Source: Clostridia bacterium (lineage in GTDB: Bacteria > Bacillota > Clostridia > TANB77 > CAG-508). Taken from it: 64,000 nucleotides of DNA. Both the position numbers and the translations under genes were made by a program. Positions 58,417-64,000 of the stretch are shown here, one piece after another. The stretch is taken from positions 190,732 to 254,731 of the forward strand of contig JAZUKI010000003.1 of NCBI GenBank assembly GCA_045643205.1. Reading direction: 5' to 3'. How positions within the stretch are numbered: position 1 is the first letter of the stretch; the number at the start of each line of letters is the position of its first letter. The notes beneath the pieces were generated by a model. The model had not been told where the DNA came from. It ran no database searches and worked only from the letters and a program-made list of their open reading frames with translations.

Positions 58417-58506
58417 AATGAATAGCATGTAACAATATTGTAACATATATTGACTTTTAAGCTAAAAAAAAATATAATAAGCGAAGATTATTGCCAGGAG
58501 GAAACT

Positions 58507-59298
58507 ATGGGTGAAGTTATAGTCGTAACATCAGGTAAAGGTGGAGTAGGTAAAACAACTACAAGTGCCAATGTAGGTGCTGCTCTCGCTATGCGAGGAA
58601 AGAAAGTTGTTTTAGTAGACACAGATATTGGATTAAGAAACCTAGATGTTGTTATGGGCTTAGAAAATAGAATAGTCTATGATATCGTCGACGTTGTTGA
58701 AGGTAAATGTAAATTAAGACAAGCCTTAATCAAAGACAAGAGATATACAGATTTATTTTTATTACCAGCCGCACAAACAAGAGATAAGAGTGCTGTAAAT
58801 GAAAGCCAAATGAGAGAATTAACAACAAAATTAAAAGAAGAATTTGATTTTATTATTGTTGATTGTCCAGCTGGAATTGAGCAAGGTTTTAAGAATGCTA
58901 TTGCTGGAGCTGATAGAGCTTTAGTTGTAACAAATGCCGAAATTTCTTCTATTAGAGACGCTGATAGAATTATCGGTTTATTAGAAGCATCTGAAATTAA
59001 GAATCCAGAATTAATTATTAATAGATTAAGACCTGAGATGGTTAAAAAAGGTGAAATGATGGATGTCGAAGATATCCTAGATTTACTTTCTATTGATTTG
59101 ATTGGTGTTGTTCCAGAAGATGAACACATTATTACTCAAACAAATAAAGGTGAACCTGCAGTTTCAAATAAAAAAGCACCTTCAGGAAAAGCTTATATCG
59201 AAATAGCTAGAAGAATTTTAGGAGAAAATGTTGAAGTAACTATTCCTGGAAGAAACAAAGGTGGATTATTTAGTAAGATATTCAAAAAAGATAAATAA
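58507..59298 (+). CDS. minD: Septum site-determining ATPase MinD
   Basis: TSGKGGVGKTT, DIGLRNLD, DCPAGIE and C-terminal amphipathic LFSKIF; AGGAGG RBS supports the ATG at 58507. Confidence 0.95.
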   Translation: MGEVIVVTSGKGGVGKTTTSANVGAALAMRGKKVVLVDTDIGLRNLDVVMGLENRIVYDIVDVVEGKCKLRQALIKDKRYTDLFLLPAAQTRDKSAVNESQMRELTTKLKEEFDFIIVDCPAGIEQGFKNAIAGADRALVVTNAEISSIRDADRIIGLLEASEIKNPELIINRLRPEMVKKGEMMDVEDILDLLSIDLIGVVPEDEHIITQTNKGEPAVSNKKAPSGKAYIEIARRILGENVEVTIPGRNKGGLFSKIFKKDK

Positions 59299-59318
59299 TA
59301 TAAATATTGGAGCAATAA

Positions 59319-60020
59319 ATGTTTAATAATTTTAAGGAAAGGTTTAACAAAAAAGTTGAACCACAGAATGATGATAAGAAAGTTAATAAAAACAAAGATG
59401 AAGCTAAGGAAAGACTTCACTTAGTTTTATTACAAGACCGTGCAAACGTTTCTGCAGATTTCCTTGATATGATGAGAACAGAAATCATAGATGTTATTAA
59501 AAAATATGTCGACGTAAACGAAGATGAAATAGATGTTAAATTAACAAATCAACCAAAAGCTGATGGAACAAACGGAGTTCCTGCATTATATGCAAATATT
59601 CCAATTAAGAGTATTAAAGGCGAAGCAAGAAAGTTAACTAATGCAAAAGTTTTATCAGGTGAAGTAAAAGCAAGCGATAACAAAATTGCTGATCAAAAAG
59701 TTAAAGCAGCATTAGAAGAAGCAAAAGACAATACAGAAATAACAATCGAAGATAATCCAATAGTAGCAGGTGTTAAAGAAGTTAAAGAAGCTTTAACAGA
59801 AGGAAACAGTATAGAAGAAGTTGATAGAGCAATACTTGAACAAACTGGAACTTTAAAACTTGCTGACATTGAAGAAGCTAGTAAAAAAGAAGATGAAAAG
59901 AAGAGCAAGCCTAGTTTGAAAAATAAAATAAAAGAGGCAAGCAAAGCAAAGAAAGAAAAGTCTGCTGAAAAAGAAACATCAAGACTTTCAAAATCATCTA
60001 AGAGAAATAAAACTAAATAG
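59319..60020 (+). CDS. minE: MinE with a long C-terminal extension
   Basis: AKERLHLVLLQDR...EIIDVIKKYV...LYANIPI. Confidence 0.85.
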   Translation: MFNNFKERFNKKVEPQNDDKKVNKNKDEAKERLHLVLLQDRANVSADFLDMMRTEIIDVIKKYVDVNEDEIDVKLTNQPKADGTNGVPALYANIPIKSIKGEARKLTNAKVLSGEVKASDNKIADQKVKAALEEAKDNTEITIEDNPIVAGVKEVKEALTEGNSIEEVDRAILEQTGTLKLADIEEASKKEDEKKSKPSLKNKIKEASKAKKEKSAEKETSRLSKSSKRNKTK

Positions 60021-60041
60021 ACCATACTTTTGGGGAGAAAA

Positions 60042-61151
60042 ATGAGAAAGAAATTTTTAAAAAACTTAGAATGGTCAATAGTAATTGTAACAATCCTATT
60101 AGTAATAATAGGATTGTTTGCTATATATTCGGCTGCTGCTAGTACAAATGAATATGAATTTCAAAGACAGTTAATGTGGATAACAGTAGCAATACCAGTA
60201 ACAATAGTAATCATGATTGTTGATTATAATGTTTGGGCAAAGCTATCACCAATTTTTTATGGACTGATACTTATAGCATTAGGAGCTGTACTTTTTACAA
60301 CTGCAAGAAATGGTGCTAGTAGCTGGTTTCAAATTGGAGATATTTTAATACAACCTTCTGAGATAGCAAAGATAATAGTTATAATGTTTATTTCATTACT
60401 GATTTCAAGAATGAAAAAACGTAGTGAAGATGAAATGAGTAGACCAACAAGAATTTTATTATTACTTGTTGTTTTTGCAATACCAACTGCATTAATTATT
60501 TTACAACCAGACTATGGCACAGCTGCAGCTTTTATAATTGCATTTGCTTTAATATTATTTAATAGTGGGATAAAAAAGAGATGGATAATAATTACTGCAG
60601 TTATTGTAGTAGTAGCAGTTCCATTACTATATACATATGTTTTACCAGATCACGCAAAAGCAAGAATTGAAACTTTCATGCACCCTGAAAGTGATCCAAG
60701 AGGAGCAGGATATAATATTGCTCAATCAAAATTAGCAATTGGTTCTGGCCAATTATTTGGAATGGGTTATATGAAAGGAAATCAAACACAACTAGGATAC
60801 CTATATCCAAAAACATCAGATTTTATATTCTCTGTTATAGGAGAAGAAATGGGATTTGTTGTTGCAGGTGGAATAATTATTTTATATGTTATATTAATAA
60901 CCAAAGCATTGATGGTTGCTAAGACTGCAAAAGATAGTCTAGGTACGGCAATAGCATCGGGTATAGCAGGTGTATTTTTGTTTCATATGATTGAAAACAT
61001 TGGAATGACAATTGGTTTACTTCCTATTACAGGTGTACCATTACCATTTGTAAGTTATGGTGGAAGCTCACTAATTAGTAATTTTATTATGATTGGAATG
61101 CTATTAAATATTAGTGGAAGAAGACAGAAAAATTTATTTGAAGAAGAATAA
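60042..61151 (+). CDS. rodA: Rod shape-determining SEDS protein RodA
   Basis: QPSEIAK, LQPDYGT, GY...QS.LAIGSG, DFIFSVIGEE.G and TGVPLPFVSYGGSS. Confidence 0.9.
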   Translation: MRKKFLKNLEWSIVIVTILLVIIGLFAIYSAAASTNEYEFQRQLMWITVAIPVTIVIMIVDYNVWAKLSPIFYGLILIALGAVLFTTARNGASSWFQIGDILIQPSEIAKIIVIMFISLLISRMKKRSEDEMSRPTRILLLLVVFAIPTALIILQPDYGTAAAFIIAFALILFNSGIKKRWIIITAVIVVVAVPLLYTYVLPDHAKARIETFMHPESDPRGAGYNIAQSKLAIGSGQLFGMGYMKGNQTQLGYLYPKTSDFIFSVIGEEMGFVVAGGIIILYVILITKALMVAKTAKDSLGTAIASGIAGVFLFHMIENIGMTIGLLPITGVPLPFVSYGGSSLISNFIMIGMLLNISGRRQKNLFEEE

Positions 61152-61166
61152 AAATTAGGAGAGAAT

Positions 61167-62150
61167 TTGAGCAAACTAAAAATCGGAAACATTGAATTGA
61201 ATAGTAATGTTATTTTAGGACCTATGGCTGGATTAACAGATAGGCCCTTTAGATTGATTTGCGAAAAATTTGAACCGGGATTAGTAGTTACTGAAATGGT
61301 AAGTGCTAAAGCAATTTTTTATAATGATGAAAACACAAAAACATTAATGGTAACTAAGGATGAAAAACATCCAATTGCAATTCAAATTTTTGGAAGCGAT
61401 GAAGAGTCAATGAGTTTTGCAGCAAAGTATGTTTGTGAAAACACAGATGCAGATATCATTGATATTAATATGGGTTGCCCGGCACCAAAGGTTGTAAAAA
61501 ATGGTGATGGAAGTAAACTTTTATTAGATTTAGATAAAGTTTATTCAATAACAAAAGCAGTAGTTGATAATTCTACATTACCTGTTACAGTTAAAATAAG
61601 AAAAGGTTGGGATAATGATCATATTGTTGCAGTTGAAGCGGCAAAACAAATAGAAAAAGCAGGGGCTTCAGCGATAACTATTCACGGAAGAACAAGAAGT
61701 GAATTTTATACAGGAAAAGCTGATTGGGACATCATAAAGCAGATTAAAGAAAATGTAAATATTCCGGTTATAGGAAATGGCGATATAAGTTTTCCACAAG
61801 ATGCAGAAAAAATGTTGAAAGAGACAGGCTGTGATGGAGTAATGATATCACGTGCAACTTTAGGAAATCCATGGATATTTTCTCAAACAAAAGATTATTT
61901 AGAAAAAGGAAAATACAAAAATCCAAGCAATCAAGAAAAGCTTCAAACTATAATAGAACATATTAATTTAGAGATAGAAGAAAAAGGCGAATATACAGGA
62001 GTAAGAGAAATGAGAAAACACATTTGCTATTACTTAAAAGGAATGCCTAATGCATCAGAAATTAGAAATGAAATTAATCATCTTGAAAGTAAAGAAGAAG
62101 TCATTGAAAGATTAACAAAGTATTTTGAAGAATTAAAAAGCGAAAAATAA
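61167..62150 (+). CDS. dusB: tRNA-dihydrouridine synthase DusB
   Basis: PMAG.TD, DINMGCP, VKIRKGW, HGRTR and GNGDI. Confidence 0.92.
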   Translation: MSKLKIGNIELNSNVILGPMAGLTDRPFRLICEKFEPGLVVTEMVSAKAIFYNDENTKTLMVTKDEKHPIAIQIFGSDEESMSFAAKYVCENTDADIIDINMGCPAPKVVKNGDGSKLLLDLDKVYSITKAVVDNSTLPVTVKIRKGWDNDHIVAVEAAKQIEKAGASAITIHGRTRSEFYTGKADWDIIKQIKENVNIPVIGNGDISFPQDAEKMLKETGCDGVMISRATLGNPWIFSQTKDYLEKGKYKNPSNQEKLQTIIEHINLEIEEKGEYTGVREMRKHICYYLKGMPNASEIRNEINHLESKEEVIERLTKYFEELKSEK

Positions 62151-62209
62151 ATTAAATTAAATAATAAAAAAGTCAAAATCAGTTGAAGTGAACCAGAGTA
62201 GTTCAAAAT

Positions 62210-62240
62210 AAAAAGTCAGGATTAATTTCCTGACTTTTTT
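62210..62240. terminator. Bidirectional terminator
   Basis: AAAAAGTCAGGA-loop-TCCTGACTTTTTT between convergent genes. Confidence 0.8.
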
Positions 62241-62278
62241 GTTATTTATAAATTTTATACTAAACCGAAGAATAGTTA

Positions 62279-63217
62279 TTAAACTTTTAATTTTTTAATG
62301 ATTTTTATTTCATTATATAAATCTTTAATTCTTTGTTCTCTAACAACTAAAGCACCTTTATATTCTTCTAAAACAGTTAGATAGTTAAATTCATTTTCTC
62401 CATTTTGAAATAACATAGTCATTCCAGCTTGAAAATAATCTTTTTGCTCAGGTCTTTTAGCTGCATCTCTTTTTCGTCTATATGTGCTTATTTGTTCTAA
62501 TCTCTTAATTTGAGAAGATAAGTAATCTGTATAATTCATAACACAACTAATTTCATAAAGAATGTCATCAATAACACATTTGAACATAGCCTTAAGGGGC
62601 TTTGGATTTAATTTTCCTAAACGTTCATTTTGTTTTAATTGATCAAGCGCAACTAATGATTTAGCTGGTTTTGTATCTTTAATTAAATCTTTTAAAGTTT
62701 CTGAAATGTTAACATGAGTTTTATAACTTCTTTTAGTAACTAAAGCATCATATTCATCTGCAACTCTAATTACTTGAGCAGAGTATGGAATATCAGATTT
62801 TTTTAAACCACGAGGATAACCAGTTCCATTAAGAGATTCATGATGATACCAAGGACCATCAGAATAAGGACGTAAGTACATATCCTTCATACAATATTCA
62901 TAACCCATAGTAGTATGAGATTTAACAACTGCATATTCTTGCTCAGTTAGGGGACCATTTTTTGATATTATTTCTGGAGGAATAAACAATTTTCCTACAT
63001 CATGAACATAACCAGCAATCATACAGTGTATAGTGAACTGGTTATTTTCTCTCATGTATTGACAAATTCTAGTGACCAAGTTTGCTACGTTTTGAGAGTG
63101 CTTTTGAGTCACGTCATCTAGACGAGACATAACGCTCAAACTGTCTTTAAGATTTTTATCAATATCTTTTAAACTTACGTTACTTGGACTATAAAAGTCA
63201 AATTTTTCCTCTAGCAT
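62279..63217 (-). CDS. HD-GYP domain protein
   Basis: HS.NVA, HDVGK, HHE..NGTGYP and VADEYDAL...RSYK; AAAGGAG RBS supports the ATG at 63217. Confidence 0.88.
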   Translation of the reverse strand: MLEEKFDFYSPSNVSLKDIDKNLKDSLSVMSRLDDVTQKHSQNVANLVTRICQYMRENNQFTIHCMIAGYVHDVGKLFIPPEIISKNGPLTEQEYAVVKSHTTMGYEYCMKDMYLRPYSDGPWYHHESLNGTGYPRGLKKSDIPYSAQVIRVADEYDALVTKRSYKTHVNISETLKDLIKDTKPAKSLVALDQLKQNERLGKLNPKPLKAMFKCVIDDILYEISCVMNYTDYLSSQIKRLEQISTYRRKRDAAKRPEQKDYFQAGMTMLFQNGENEFNYLTVLEEYKGALVVREQRIKDLYNEIKIIKKLKV

Positions 63218-63346
63218 ATTTTTCTCCTTTGTACACGATAATTTTAACATTAAAAAACTAATAAAACAATAGGAAAATAAGAAGTTTTTGATAGACAACA
63301 ATATTGTTTTATGATAATATGATACAAGCTAAAAAGGAGACAAAAA

Positions 63347-64000
63347 ATGTACTTAAAGAGATTAGAACTACAAGGCTTCAAGTCATTTGCAAACAAAACT
63401 GAATTGGATTTTAAACCAGGTATTACTGTTGTTATTGGACCTAATGGTTCAGGCAAGAGTAATCTTTCTGATGCTATTAGATGGGTTCTTGGTGAACAAT
63501 CTCCTAAGATGCTCCGTGGTGGCAAAATGGAAGAAGTCATTTTTGCTGGTACACAAAATAGAAAGCCAAAGGGCATGGCTGAGGTTACTCTTGTAATTGA
63601 CAATGAGGATCACACTCTTCCGATAGATTATGCCGAGGTTGCAATTTCAAGAAGAATGTACCGTTCCGGCGAAAGTGAATACCTCATCAATCATAATGTA
63701 TGCAGACTTAAGGATATCAGAGAACTGATTATGGATACCGGTATTGGTGTAGAGGGCTATTCCATTATCGGACAGGGAAAGATTGCAGACATTATTGATA
63801 ACAAGATGGATTCCCGTCGTGAAATTTTTGAAGAAGCTGCAGGAATCACAAAATACAGAACCAAGAAGCTCGAAGCAGAAAGAAAGCTTGAAAGAGCCAA
63901 CGATAACCTTACCAGAGTAAATGATATCGTTTATGAAATTGAAGGAAGAATCGGAAACCTGGAAAAGGAAAGCGCAAAGGCAACTGAGTATCTGGAAATC
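63347..64000 (+). CDS. smc: Chromosome segregation protein SMC (5' part; runs off the window)
   Basis: MYLKRLELQGFKSFA, GPNGSGKSN, WVLGEQS, YSIIGQGKI and FEEAAGI; absent from the ORF track because there is no stop in the window. Confidence 0.95.
   Translation, partial: MYLKRLELQGFKSFANKTELDFKPGITVVIGPNGSGKSNLSDAIRWVLGEQSPKMLRGGKMEEVIFAGTQNRKPKGMAEVTLVIDNEDHTLPIDYAEVAISRRMYRSGESEYLINHNVCRLKDIRELIMDTGIGVEGYSIIGQGKIADIIDNKMDSRREIFEEAAGITKYRTKKLEAERKLERANDNLTRVNDIVYEIEGRIGNLEKESAKATEYLEI

Noticed and set aside
63250-63603. ORF-track entries 63250..63603 (-) and 63387..63596 (+)
   Set aside because: Both are shadows of smc, which starts at 63347 in another frame.

Overview
AT-rich chromosomal window from a low-GC Clostridia bacterium. 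The gene style resembles the uncultured gut order TANB77, which is an inference and not a database result. From left to right: a TnpV gene and a tRNA-fMet fragment at a likely mobile-element edge; a RelA/SpoT-synthetase-like ORFan; a compact OLE RNA with oapA; an unidentified structured ncRNA candidate; a Fur/Zur-znuACB operon; an accessory stretch with a possible ADP-ribosyltransferase-like ORFan and a CTP-synthase-N/Ham1 fusion next to a guanylate-kinase-like gene; then tRNA-fMet, topB, an M23 peptidase, rpsU and two M16 peptidases. The centrepiece (about 26.3-54.1 kb) is a ~28 kb type IV secretion-like locus. It has three VirB2/TrbC-like pilins, PrgI, a VirB4 partner, VirB4, five VirB6/TrbL-like paralogues, an NlpC/P60 protein, two VirB8-like proteins and a ~1400-aa cell-wall hydrolase. 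No relaxase, coupling protein or integrase is visible, and the locus sits between housekeeping genes, suggesting a domesticated non-conjugative T4SS. The window ends with murL-murD2, ssb, minD-minE-rodA, dusB, an HD-GYP gene and the 5' part of smc, which shows an abrupt rise in GC. All family assignments come from motif recognition by eye.
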